Below, piece by piece: positions 9,587-19,633 of a stretch of DNA of 64,000 nucleotides. The position numbers and the translations under genes are program-made. The notes beneath the pieces are model-generated. The model saw only the letters and a program-made list of their open reading frames with translations. It made no database searches and was not told the origin of the DNA. The DNA is taken from IMG/VR virus record IMGVR_UViG_3300020450_000008. One strand, given 5' to 3'. This DNA is from a virus (Duplodnaviria > Caudoviricetes). Every line of letters starts with the position of its first letter. The first letter of the stretch is position 1.

Positions 9587-10454
9587 ATTTGAATTTACGA
9601 AAGATCATTTAGGACCAATCATTCCAGGCAACAATAAAGTTGATGAATGGTATGAAGCATTATGTAATATGCTTCCAAAATATGGAATCACAACAGAAAG
9701 AAGAGTGGCGCACTTTTTAAGTCAATGCGCGCATGAAAGCGCAAACTTTAAAAGATTAGAAGAAAATTTAAATTATTCTGGGAAAGCATTAAAAGCAGTG
9801 TTTGGCAGATATTTTGGAAATCCGCCTAAGAGAGATGCTGATCTATATCATCGTAGACCAGAAACTATTGCTAACTATGTTTATATGGACGAGTTTCGTA
9901 AATATAAGATGGGTAATGTCAATGAAGGAGATGGCTGGTTATTCAGAGGTCGTGGATTAAAACAGCTCACTGGAAGAGATAATTATACCAAGTTCGGTGC
10001 AAGTGTAGGAATGTCTGCTGAAGATGCTGCAGTATATGTGGCAACTAAAGAAGGTGCTATTGAAAGCGCTTGTTGGTTCTGGGATACAAATAATCTAAAT
10101 GAAATTGCTGATACCGATGATGTAAAGCGTATGACTAAAAAGATTAACGGTGGATCTATTGGATTAGCAGATAGACAAAAAAGATATACACATGCGATGG
10201 AAGTATTAGGAATGTCCGCTGAAATGCTTGATACAGAAGATGATGACATTCAAGAAATATTAGATGATATAGGTGTTCTAAGAAAAGGAGCAAAAGGTGA
10301 TGGAGTTAAGATAATGCAGGAAGCATTAGGAATAACTGCTGACGGCGATTTTGGTCCTGGTACTGAAAGAGCGCTGAAAGCTTGGCAAGAAGATAATGGT
10401 CTTACACCAGATGGTATTGCAGGACCAGCAACTTTTGCAAAGTTACTAGATTGA
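9576..10454 (+). CDS. GH19 (chitinase-like) endolysin with C-terminal peptidoglycan-binding domain
   Basis: FLSQCAHES, LEENLNYS, FRGRGLKQLTGRDNY, TKKINGG; C-terminal LRKGAKGDGVK..QEALGITADGDFGPGT..DGIAGPAT. Confidence 0.9.
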   Translation: MAFEFEFTKDHLGPIIPGNNKVDEWYEALCNMLPKYGITTERRVAHFLSQCAHESANFKRLEENLNYSGKALKAVFGRYFGNPPKRDADLYHRRPETIANYVYMDEFRKYKMGNVNEGDGWLFRGRGLKQLTGRDNYTKFGASVGMSAEDAAVYVATKEGAIESACWFWDTNNLNEIADTDDVKRMTKKINGGSIGLADRQKRYTHAMEVLGMSAEMLDTEDDDIQEILDDIGVLRKGAKGDGVKIMQEALGITADGDFGPGTERALKAWQEDNGLTPDGIAGPATFAKLLD

Positions 10455-10536
10455 TCTTTACAGTGTCATATTGTCCAGAATGCGGCGCGGAGCTAGATCA
10501 CAATAATTTTTGTTCAAATTGTAAGGTAAGGAGATC

Positions 10537-10686
10537 ATGGCAAAGTTTAACAGATTTGATCCAAAGAATAAGAAAAAAGGTAGAAACCAAAATAACTCAC
10601 AAAGAAAGCCAAAGATAAAAGCAGTTGATAATGATAAAGTTATGAAGTCATTAGTTAAAACACTTGTCAAACAGACTGTGATATAA
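10537..10686 (+). CDS. Small Lys-rich hypothetical protein
   Basis: SD AAGGAG; MAKFNRFDPKNKKKGRNQ... Confidence 0.55.
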   Translation: MAKFNRFDPKNKKKGRNQNNSQRKPKIKAVDNDKVMKSLVKTLVKQTVI

Positions 10687-10729
10687 ATGTAACACATTTA
10701 AAAAAGTTCATTTTATTTGAAAAAAAACG

Positions 10730-10758
10730 TTTACATTCCTTGTTTTTTATAGTATATT
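10730..10758 (+). promoter_or_regulatory. Strong early-type promoter (operator-associated class)
   Basis: CGTTTACA-17 nt-TATATT then AGTATTATAAGG; same architecture at 36038, 45588 and 52628. Confidence 0.75.
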
Positions 10759-10789
10759 AGTATTATAAGGAATAAACAAGGAAGATATT

Positions 10790-11176
10790 ATGAAAAGAAG
10801 AAATGACCAAATCCCAATGACCTTCCAACAGGAAGTCAACCTGCATGAATATGGCAGTATCTGGGGTCGAAAGAGAACCTCAGAAGAATGGCGTCAAATC
10901 GCTATTCAACGCAAGCGTACGGCCACAGTTGGCCGAAGAAAGCTTGCTTTCCTAAACCAGCCTGGAATGAGGCAACTGGTTCAAGACTTGGAAGAGCAAA
11001 GAGTTGCTCAACCTTGGAATGAGTTTGCTACTAGTATGAGTAGCGCTCTTTCAGTCTGGGGTCAGTGGACTCCAGGTCAATTAGCTGCTGTTAAGAAAAT
11101 GGTAGCTAAATTTAAAAAGTCTATCGAAGGCAAGACAGGCCGATGGGCTGGAATACAGGGGTACATATATGAGTAA
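10790..11176 (+). CDS. Hypothetical early protein
   Basis: First ORF after the early promoter; SD AAGGA. Confidence 0.7.
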   Translation: MKRRNDQIPMTFQQEVNLHEYGSIWGRKRTSEEWRQIAIQRKRTATVGRRKLAFLNQPGMRQLVQDLEEQRVAQPWNEFATSMSSALSVWGQWTPGQLAAVKKMVAKFKKSIEGKTGRWAGIQGYIYE

Positions 11177-11750
11177 TGTTATCCTTACAGATGCTGATGG
11201 TGTTCTACTAAACTGGAGAGATTCATTCGATGCTTGGATGATGAGACAACATGGTATCTTTGCAACTGGTGATGTCAATCAATACGATCAAATTGAAAGA
11301 TATGAAGATCCAGAAATATGGAAAAAAATAGTTGAATTTAACAGTTCAGCAAACATTGGTTGGTTACCACCACTATATGATTCAGTAAAGTATGTTAGAA
11401 AGATATACGAAGAACTTGGAATGAAGTTTACTGTAATAACTTCACTATCTAAAAATCCATACGCACAAAAATTAAGAACACAAAATCTTATCAATATATT
11501 TGGTAAAGACGTATTTGAAGAATTCATTTACCTAGACACAGGTGAAGACAAAGATGTTATCCTTGGACAATATTCAGAATATTATCCAGGAGCATACTGG
11601 ATTGAAGACAAAGTTAAAAACGCCATACATGGTGCTCAAGTTGGTCTACAATCCTTATTAATGAAACATCCTCATATCAAAACAGAAGATACTGAGGGTA
11701 TTCCTAAAATGTCAAACTGGAGAATGGTATATGAAACAATCGGTGGCTGA
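11169..11750 (+). CDS. HAD-superfamily 5'(3')-deoxyribonucleotidase-like phosphatase
   Basis: ILTDADGVL HAD motif I, VITSL motif II, WIEDK motif IV. Confidence 0.8.
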   Translation: MSNVILTDADGVLLNWRDSFDAWMMRQHGIFATGDVNQYDQIERYEDPEIWKKIVEFNSSANIGWLPPLYDSVKYVRKIYEELGMKFTVITSLSKNPYAQKLRTQNLINIFGKDVFEEFIYLDTGEDKDVILGQYSEYYPGAYWIEDKVKNAIHGAQVGLQSLLMKHPHIKTEDTEGIPKMSNWRMVYETIGG

Positions 11751-11946
11751 AATACTTAGTTTAAGATTTCAATTCGAAGAGATAATTCGAAATTTCGATA
11801 TCCCTGAAAACAAGCGAAACGGACATATAAATAGCCTAGAATGGTTTAAAAAATATGGTAACCGAAAAAACAGATTTCGCGATGGATATTCAGAGGCAAT
11901 TGAACTTTGCAATTCTATATTAAAAGGATCAAAAAATCTGACGTAA
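11731..11946 (+). CDS. Hypothetical protein
   Basis: ORF in operon. Confidence 0.55.
   Translation: MKQSVAEILSLRFQFEEIIRNFDIPENKRNGHINSLEWFKKYGNRKNRFRDGYSEAIELCNSILKGSKNLT
11826..11833 (+). promoter_or_regulatory. T4 late promoter
   Basis: TATAAATA upstream of the structural block. Confidence 0.65.
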
Positions 11947-11962
11947 GGTTATCTAGAAATGG

Positions 11963-14900
11963 ATGCTTATGACGAGAAGTATAAAAGATTTATACGGTGA
12001 TCTGCCTAGTGGATTATTTGCAAATGATGAAGATGATGCCTTAGTCAAAGAAGATAATGGTCGATATGTTTATAAAGACTTAAGTAAAGAAGTCTCTCTT
12101 TCTTATAGTCTCTCTGGTGACAACGCCATCAAGGTAAATAAATCGACTTTATCAAAACATAATTCAAGCACTAACTTTTCTCAATCCTTTTATGTCTTTC
12201 CAGACATACAAGATAGCACTCCTGTATTTTCATATAATCATGATTCCACGCCACAAACAATTTTAGATATTGGTAGTTTAAGCACTGGTGTAAGTACAAA
12301 AGGTGGAATGAGGGCGTATCCATTTGATCCATGGCGTTTTAATATTCATGAAAATGGATCGCTATATTGGACTGGAGACTCTTCATCTTTTGTTAGAGCT
12401 GATAGTGCCGGAAAAGGAATTCCTGATCCAAATTTAACTGTCAAACCATATACGATTCAAGCTTTTGTTCATGATAAAAATATTGATGTAAACAAAAATC
12501 AAACACTAGTAAGGTTTGGTGATGACGTAATCTATAGACAAAAAGATTTGACTTGGGGTGGAGTTGATCATGCATTTACTAGTAGAAATAATCAACAAAA
12601 TGTTCCAAATAAGAAAGAAGATTGGGAATATAATGGTTTAACTTTTGATGGTTATGATTTCAAACTTCACAGAGATAATCAAACTTTAGATGCTATAAGA
12701 AATTCAGATTTTGATATTGATGCTGGAGTATTTAGATACAAAGATGTAAGCACCGATAAAGATGCCGCATTTCAGTGTAAAGTATTTTTTCCAAATAATC
12801 CAACAAGTGATGCCACATTATTCAGAGTTGGTAATGGAAGTGGATATGAAACACGTATAGAATACGACGTCAACTATAATGGTCTAGGCCCTAGGCTTGT
12901 AGTAAAATGTATGCAGCTCTCTGCTGAAGTTGACATATCATCATATAGTTTTTTTAATAATACTTATCGTGTAATATCTTGGGATATTAAAATAAATCCT
13001 GCTAGACTCAGAGTATGGATTGATGGAGAAAGCGTTGCTAATCTTTCTTCATCTTCTATTTTGACTGATGGTGTTTGGGCTAAAAACTCTCCAAGTTATA
13101 ATTCGACGTCTCCAATTACAGCCATTTCAGTATCAAGTGCTTCTCAAATCAAAGTTCCAACTAGAGATATTAATTTTGCTGCGTATGAATTTGATGGAGA
13201 TCGGGCTGGTACAAGACCTTTCACATCTTTAGATGCCGATGGTAACATTTTAGCTAATGTTAAGGCAAACGATCGTGACAAATACTTCATGATTGATTCT
13301 AAATTATTTCATAATCAAAACAAAATTTACTATTTTGAAATGGAATATGATGGACCCTCTATAGTTGCAGGAGGTACCAGATACGCTGAAGGTTCAGTTA
13401 GGCCTTTTCTTGCTGATGCAGGTTGGGGATCAAACGATCCTGGAACAACTACAGGCTATCCCTTAGGAGATCCTGGACCAATAGACACTGCTAATAAATA
13501 TTGGCACAATCATTCATCCAATTTGTATTATATAAATCAAGGGACAGCCACAGCTTTGAATGAACAAGTTTATGATTATGTTAACAATACTTATAATGTT
13601 GTTGGTAACGAATATGTGGGATCTACAGGTGATGGATTATCACCTAGAACCGCAACTAGATATACAAATGGCGATTATTATAATGATGCGACTTCTCTAT
13701 TTGCAAGTCAAGAATACTATCAAGGAAGAAATCCTAATAATGGATTTTATTTAACTAACTTACCTATGAAAAGAGGTGATACCCACGGAAGAGTTGGAAA
13801 TAATTTGCTTAGTGCCGGGAACGTAAAAAAGAGAAAATACAGCTTTTTTATTGATACAATAAATGGAGGTCTTTATTCAGTTTTAAATGGAGGATTCTAC
13901 AATTTTTCTCATTCAGATCCTGATAGAGCTTTTAACATTCCTTACAGAAGTTGGTACAATTCAGATTATGATCCACATAATAATATTATTGTAAGACCAC
14001 AATCTCTTGCTAGTCACTACTCGACTCCATATGTACCAGGAACTAATGCAGCACCTGGTTATTATTTAGGTATTCTAGTAAAAGCTTATAGGGCTTATCA
14101 TACCTCGGGTTGGCCTGCTCGTACCTATGGGCCGGCGGCGATGCGAGATGGTTCTTATAGATATGCTAATAATGGATATGATGCTAATGGTAATCAATAT
14201 GGTGATTATCGTGATTATGGTCCCTATGGTAGGTACGCAAGAGTACCTGATCAAAATGTTAAAATTATCTTAAATCCTGCCGATTGGGAGTACGATCCAG
14301 AGGATATACTTGTTAATAAAATTGCTTTAACAAGAGAATATCATCCAACAAAAGGTTTTTTAGATGGTGGAAGTCCATATTCATTTTCAACTGGAGGTTT
14401 AAGTGCTTCTCAAGGCGAATACGCCGCTACTGCAGCATCTCCATGGTATAAACCATTAGGAACTCAAAACTCTGGTGGTATATCAGGAACTTATGATTTA
14501 ATTGATGCATCTGGATATAGAAAATTAAGATACTTTCCTAAAACATTTCCTTCTTTATATTCCAATTCATTAACCATTGGCAGGTCTGCTTTAGAAATAA
14601 ATTTAGAACAGATAAATGGATCAGATTTTGCAAATGATTATGTGGCTAGAACAGGTGGAACGGTTCGATCATGGCCTGGATCATACGCTGGAAATCCAAC
14701 ACTGGCACAATACATAAAAAGCATGGCAGATGGCGATGCATTATTAATAGATCCAGGAACATATACGATACACAGTACTGCAAATGGAGTTGCAAATGCA
14801 AGATATGATGCAGGTCTAGGTAATACTATTGCTGAAACAACACCATTTCAAAATAGTAAGATTCTCATTTGTGGAAACACAAGGGATCCAAGTTCTGTAA

Positions 14901-16723
14901 TAATTAATTACGTTCCTTATGGTGCAGCAGGAAATACAGTAACTCCAGCGGCTGCACCTTATAGTACAACAACACAGCATGTAGGTGCAATATGGGGTCA
15001 TCAGTCAGATGTTAATACAGGTTTGGCCTTTCTTACTCTTAAAAGAGATTTTGAAGATTACTATAAAAGGAAGGTTGCACTATTCTGGTATGCTGATGGC
15101 GGATTCGCTGAAAAAGTCATTTTTGATTTTGGTGGTGATGATACAATAAGACCAGGAGCTTATAACGATAGATTTTGGCTTGCATATGAAAGAGGAATAT
15201 TTGAATATAATGAACCAGTAAAAAATAAAACATTTAAAAATTGCTTCTTTAAAAACTATGGTAATGCTAGTACTGATATAGCTCCTGGTTCTAGTAACAT
15301 AGGTGGCAGGAGTTTTAATTTTGAAAACTGTGCTTTTTCTGTATCAAATGCTATAATAGGATTTGAAACGCAATCCAATATTAATTTTACTGGTTTTAAT
15401 ATAGACAACGCTACTATATCTGGTAATACTGCAAGACTCGATATGTTTAAAGGTTACATAAATGAGTTTGCCATACAATCAAGAGTCGAGATGGATAGTT
15501 CTGAATTTAATTCTTTAAATTTAGGCACAGATGATTCGTCTCAATTGATAGTCTACAATAAGTCTAGAACCACTAATAGTCAATTGTACAGAAAGTTTTT
15601 TATTGAAGCTAACGTAAAATCTAAAGAACTTTTAAGAATGGACGATAGAGGTTACATTTACAGAAATAAAACTGATCAGGTAGGAGTGGTAAACCTACAA
15701 CCAGACGCTTGGAATTATGTAGTTCTAGAATGGAATAACAGTAATAATACTGTCACAATAACAAATAACGCAGCCGATAGCGTTGTACAAAGTAATTTCT
15801 TTGATAGTTTTTATATTTCAGATACACATTTAAAAATAGGTGCCATGGATAGTTTCAACTTTTCTAGAGCGGATTATGATGCAGTGTATTCTTCTGTAGG
15901 AAATTCATTTAAAGATTTTCAAGTAACTGATTCTGATATCAGTACGTTTAAAGATTCTGCTGAACCAGAATTTAATAACAATGCTACATACATGCTAGCA
16001 AAAAATTATTTTAGTAATATTGGTGCTTCTCAAATAAAAGGTCCAACTCCTGATAGTGTCAATGATGATATTACTCTTGCCGAGTTTAGTCCTTATACTG
16101 GCCAGGCAAAAGGATGGTTTCAATATGGAGTAGTTCGCGATGGATATGATTCTGTCAGAATGCACTCTGGATTTAATGATGATTATGTCTTTACATATGA
16201 TAGTAATTTACGTGATAGTGATATTGGAGATTTTGATGTACAAATAGTATTGAGCAATACTGATACTGAAGGTAGTCCTATAAGATGGACATACAAAGAA
16301 GTTTATAATAATAATCCAAGAAGGTTTAGACTAGGCCGTGACAGTACTTATGGTTATAATTATATTTTAAGAAAAATAATAGATTCGTCTGGAATGAGTC
16401 TTGATCACACTGGGTACGTTTCATTTTATCCACAAAAGATAACAATGGCAGATTCTTGGGATCATCCAAAAATGATGATAAGACAAGGTAGTGGTGAAGG
16501 TGGTGTAATATATTCAGTGGCGGTTATGTATGATAGGTTTGGATGTGCAATTGATTTAGGATCATCTACAAATTTTGTAAATGAGTTTATAAAAGTAAAA
16601 GCTTTAGATCCATCATTAAATCCTAAAACTGATTTTGTTTATCCAGATTGGCCACAAGTTAGCAATAGAAGCTATGTAGTAATACAAAATCTATTTGATA
16701 GTGAAGGAGAATTGCCAGTATGA
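11963..16723 (+). CDS. Large virion structural protein (tail fibre/baseplate-associated, 1586 aa)
   Basis: G/S/N/Y-rich, beta-rich; LamG-like segments (WNYVVLEWN), possible beta-helix segment (ALLIDPGTY); under a late promoter. Confidence 0.65.
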   Translation: MLMTRSIKDLYGDLPSGLFANDEDDALVKEDNGRYVYKDLSKEVSLSYSLSGDNAIKVNKSTLSKHNSSTNFSQSFYVFPDIQDSTPVFSYNHDSTPQTILDIGSLSTGVSTKGGMRAYPFDPWRFNIHENGSLYWTGDSSSFVRADSAGKGIPDPNLTVKPYTIQAFVHDKNIDVNKNQTLVRFGDDVIYRQKDLTWGGVDHAFTSRNNQQNVPNKKEDWEYNGLTFDGYDFKLHRDNQTLDAIRNSDFDIDAGVFRYKDVSTDKDAAFQCKVFFPNNPTSDATLFRVGNGSGYETRIEYDVNYNGLGPRLVVKCMQLSAEVDISSYSFFNNTYRVISWDIKINPARLRVWIDGESVANLSSSSILTDGVWAKNSPSYNSTSPITAISVSSASQIKVPTRDINFAAYEFDGDRAGTRPFTSLDADGNILANVKANDRDKYFMIDSKLFHNQNKIYYFEMEYDGPSIVAGGTRYAEGSVRPFLADAGWGSNDPGTTTGYPLGDPGPIDTANKYWHNHSSNLYYINQGTATALNEQVYDYVNNTYNVVGNEYVGSTGDGLSPRTATRYTNGDYYNDATSLFASQEYYQGRNPNNGFYLTNLPMKRGDTHGRVGNNLLSAGNVKKRKYSFFIDTINGGLYSVLNGGFYNFSHSDPDRAFNIPYRSWYNSDYDPHNNIIVRPQSLASHYSTPYVPGTNAAPGYYLGILVKAYRAYHTSGWPARTYGPAAMRDGSYRYANNGYDANGNQYGDYRDYGPYGRYARVPDQNVKIILNPADWEYDPEDILVNKIALTREYHPTKGFLDGGSPYSFSTGGLSASQGEYAATAASPWYKPLGTQNSGGISGTYDLIDASGYRKLRYFPKTFPSLYSNSLTIGRSALEINLEQINGSDFANDYVARTGGTVRSWPGSYAGNPTLAQYIKSMADGDALLIDPGTYTIHSTANGVANARYDAGLGNTIAETTPFQNSKILICGNTRDPSSVIINYVPYGAAGNTVTPAAAPYSTTTQHVGAIWGHQSDVNTGLAFLTLKRDFEDYYKRKVALFWYADGGFAEKVIFDFGGDDTIRPGAYNDRFWLAYERGIFEYNEPVKNKTFKNCFFKNYGNASTDIAPGSSNIGGRSFNFENCAFSVSNAIIGFETQSNINFTGFNIDNATISGNTARLDMFKGYINEFAIQSRVEMDSSEFNSLNLGTDDSSQLIVYNKSRTTNSQLYRKFFIEANVKSKELLRMDDRGYIYRNKTDQVGVVNLQPDAWNYVVLEWNNSNNTVTITNNAADSVVQSNFFDSFYISDTHLKIGAMDSFNFSRADYDAVYSSVGNSFKDFQVTDSDISTFKDSAEPEFNNNATYMLAKNYFSNIGASQIKGPTPDSVNDDITLAEFSPYTGQAKGWFQYGVVRDGYDSVRMHSGFNDDYVFTYDSNLRDSDIGDFDVQIVLSNTDTEGSPIRWTYKEVYNNNPRRFRLGRDSTYGYNYILRKIIDSSGMSLDHTGYVSFYPQKITMADSWDHPKMMIRQGSGEGGVIYSVAVMYDRFGCAIDLGSSTNFVNEFIKVKALDPSLNPKTDFVYPDWPQVSNRSYVVIQNLFDSEGELPV

Positions 16724-19608
16724 CGTATACTTACTCGGATTCAGCAAGAGAAATCATGAAGAATGGTGCTGCATTAGCTAATGTAAGTGGTAGAATATAT
16801 CAGAGAATTCCAGATAAAAATCAATGGAAGTTAGTTGGTGCGACTCATTCAGATGTAACATTTACAAAAGATTCTTTTGGCAACGTATCTCAAACTTTAG
16901 ATTCTTCAGTAGATCTTAATGAAAATCCTATGACCGTTCTTTTGTCTTTAGCTCAGCAAGACAGCGATGGTAATCCAATAAACTGGACCGTAACAGAAGA
17001 CGGTCAGAGAAATGAGATGACTATAATAACTGGTACATCATATAATAAAACAATATCCGTTACTGTTAATGAAGTCGAAAAAGACAGTTTTGGACTTCCT
17101 ACAAACGAGCTTATAGGAATGCAGAATTTGATAAAAGTATATAGTAATGATGATGTAGCTTTTACATATTTTGATTCTAATGAAATACCGTACAGATCTT
17201 ATGATTTTAGAAGTGACACACTGGATGAAAAAAGATTAAACTTTACTATTAAATTTACTAGCATGGATGCGATGATAGCAGAATATAACTCAGTAAAAGT
17301 ATTAGATCTCTTAAGCATAGGTAGTCCTTTAGTACAATTACTTAGAAGAATATCATCAAGTGGTAGTAATGAAACTGACATACAATTTAATAATGATGGA
17401 AGTAGAATGTATTTTCTTGAACCAGCATCAAGTCCACAAGTTTTATATCAGCAACCTTTATTATCTGAATATAATGTTGGGACACTGAATAAGATACAAG
17501 GAACTGCAGATAGATTTGAATTTTCAGAGCAAGAGGTACAATCAGGAAGAGGAATACAATTCAATTCTACAGGCACCAAAGCCTATGTTTTAGAAGATAG
17601 AAATAATTATACTGAATTAGGTCAAAAATTATTTTATCCTGGAAGGGCAAGAATAATAGAATATGATCTTACTGATTCTTTTGATATAAAAACAATAACC
17701 AACAATTCACCAAATTTAAGAAACAGAAACATAGGAACCGAAACATTTTTTGGTGAGGGTGATAGTGGTTCAAATTATCTGTATTCATTACAGCAAAGAT
17801 TTACTCAAGTAGATGGAATTAGTGATACTAGATTACTTACTTTTGCAAATTCCAGTAGGTTGAATAGACTTACAATGGACACAAAAAACGCTGCTAACTC
17901 TGCTAGAGATCAATCAACATTGAAAAAAATATTATTACCAAGATATGTTCAAACATATTCCGAACACGGTGCTCCCAGTCAATCTGAGAAAAACAATGGC
18001 GCTTTTGGACAATATTGGGACGGTAATGCTTTTCCTGGTGATCCTACAGGTATCTATGCCGCAGATGGTGTCACATGGTTAAGCGCAAAAGATCAGGGTT
18101 TAGGCGCCTATCTAGGAAGAGATGGTTGGCCTACATCTTGGGGTGCTTATGGCGGTCTCTTACACTGGGCATATTACTACTATTATTGGTATTGGGCATA
18201 TTACTATCGAAGAACTCCAATAACTCGTTGGGAACATGTAGGAGCTCCAATAAGTGTACACCTATCAAAAGACGGTGAATATCTTTATTACGTTACGCAA
18301 ATAGCAGCAGATAAAGGTCTTCTTGGTCGAGCGAGACTTGGTACTAAATGGGATATAGAATCAATAGATCTTAGTAATAGTTCATACACATCTGCAATTG
18401 ATAGTGATGGAATAGCAAATTTTCAAAGTATCCTCCATACTATAGGAGCCACTAACACGTTACAGTCATCTAGACCATATAAAGATAAAAGCGTTTATTC
18501 AATGACGTTGACCCCTGATTGTAATAAAATTTATTTACTTGATGTCGACACTCATGCGGTTTATCAATATAATATGACGTCTGCTCATGATTTAACAAGT
18601 CTTAATAGAACGACTTTAAGTACAAGTCCATTATCAATAGATCCAAATGGGTTCGATGCTAAATTAGATCTTTCCGCTGTTCCACTTGTAAGTGGTGGTC
18701 CTGCTCTTCAAGCTAAATTGGATAGGATTGTTGAAGGTGCTAACTATCAGTCAAACGTTAAAGACTTTTTAGATCAATCATTAGTAAGATCTATTCAATT
18801 TAATAAAAATGGAACAAAGTTTTATGTGATGAACGATGTGGATATTTTTGAATATGGTTTGTCAACAGGTTATGATTTGTCAACAGCAACTTTTACAAAA
18901 TCAACAAACAGATATAAAGCTATAACTGAACATAAAGCAATGAACACCACAGGACTTGTAAGAGTTCAGGTAATGCAATTTCATACCAGCCCTGTATATA
19001 GTGAAGAGGATAATTACGAAAAAAGCTCATCAAATCTTCAAGATAGCGGTGATAGAGCTGGAACACAAAGAATGTATTATCGTGATAGTGATAATATTCT
19101 TTTAATAACAACTGATGATGTAGTTAACCAATTTACAGCTGATAGCGTCGGGAATGGTACTCAACTATTAGAAACAATTAGAATATTAGGTGATAGTTTT
19201 CAATCTCCTGGTGGGATTGCTTTAAATGATAGCAACAACAGAATTTATATATCTGATGTTAACAAAATTCATAGACTAGATCTCTCTATTCCAGAAAGAA
19301 TTAACACAGCAAGAGATGGTGGTAGTACAATTACAGCAGCAAAAAATATTTCAGGAAATGCTATTGCTATAAAACCAGATGAAACTAAGATATTTACAGT
19401 TGATTCAACTAGGAATATAATGGAATTTGTCAATGATAGTGCAGTATCTGGAATGAGACTGACAAACATATATGAGACAACAGGTGATAATTCAAGTATA
19501 CGAGGATTGATTTGGAATCCTGCTGGATCTCAAGTAACTACTAGTGGCGTTGGATCTAAAATAGAAACTTATAAGTTGAAGAACAGTTATAACATCAAAC
19601 CTATATAA
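16720..19608 (+). CDS. Virion structural protein with beta-propeller repeats
   Basis: Repeats of the type (I/F)QFNxDG(S/T)(R/K)xY and 'IxEYxLSTxYD' (FNNDGSRMY, FNSTGTKAY, FNKNGTKFY, IKPDETKIF, WNPAGSQV). Confidence 0.7.
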   Translation: MTYTYSDSAREIMKNGAALANVSGRIYQRIPDKNQWKLVGATHSDVTFTKDSFGNVSQTLDSSVDLNENPMTVLLSLAQQDSDGNPINWTVTEDGQRNEMTIITGTSYNKTISVTVNEVEKDSFGLPTNELIGMQNLIKVYSNDDVAFTYFDSNEIPYRSYDFRSDTLDEKRLNFTIKFTSMDAMIAEYNSVKVLDLLSIGSPLVQLLRRISSSGSNETDIQFNNDGSRMYFLEPASSPQVLYQQPLLSEYNVGTLNKIQGTADRFEFSEQEVQSGRGIQFNSTGTKAYVLEDRNNYTELGQKLFYPGRARIIEYDLTDSFDIKTITNNSPNLRNRNIGTETFFGEGDSGSNYLYSLQQRFTQVDGISDTRLLTFANSSRLNRLTMDTKNAANSARDQSTLKKILLPRYVQTYSEHGAPSQSEKNNGAFGQYWDGNAFPGDPTGIYAADGVTWLSAKDQGLGAYLGRDGWPTSWGAYGGLLHWAYYYYYWYWAYYYRRTPITRWEHVGAPISVHLSKDGEYLYYVTQIAADKGLLGRARLGTKWDIESIDLSNSSYTSAIDSDGIANFQSILHTIGATNTLQSSRPYKDKSVYSMTLTPDCNKIYLLDVDTHAVYQYNMTSAHDLTSLNRTTLSTSPLSIDPNGFDAKLDLSAVPLVSGGPALQAKLDRIVEGANYQSNVKDFLDQSLVRSIQFNKNGTKFYVMNDVDIFEYGLSTGYDLSTATFTKSTNRYKAITEHKAMNTTGLVRVQVMQFHTSPVYSEEDNYEKSSSNLQDSGDRAGTQRMYYRDSDNILLITTDDVVNQFTADSVGNGTQLLETIRILGDSFQSPGGIALNDSNNRIYISDVNKIHRLDLSIPERINTARDGGSTITAAKNISGNAIAIKPDETKIFTVDSTRNIMEFVNDSAVSGMRLTNIYETTGDNSSIRGLIWNPAGSQVTTSGVGSKIETYKLKNSYNIKPI

Positions 19609-19611
19609 ATA
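19604..19611 (+). promoter_or_regulatory. T4 late promoter
   Basis: TATAAATA upstream of 19634. Confidence 0.7.
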
Positions 19612-19633
19612 GTAAAAATTCAAAGGAACTAAA

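Noticed and set aside
11959-12000. Out-of-frame upstream mini-ORF (MDAYDEKYKRFIR) overlapping the start of the 1586-aa gene
   Set aside because: Probably incidental; no evidence for regulatory use, and the true start of the large gene (11963 vs 11969) is itself uncertain.
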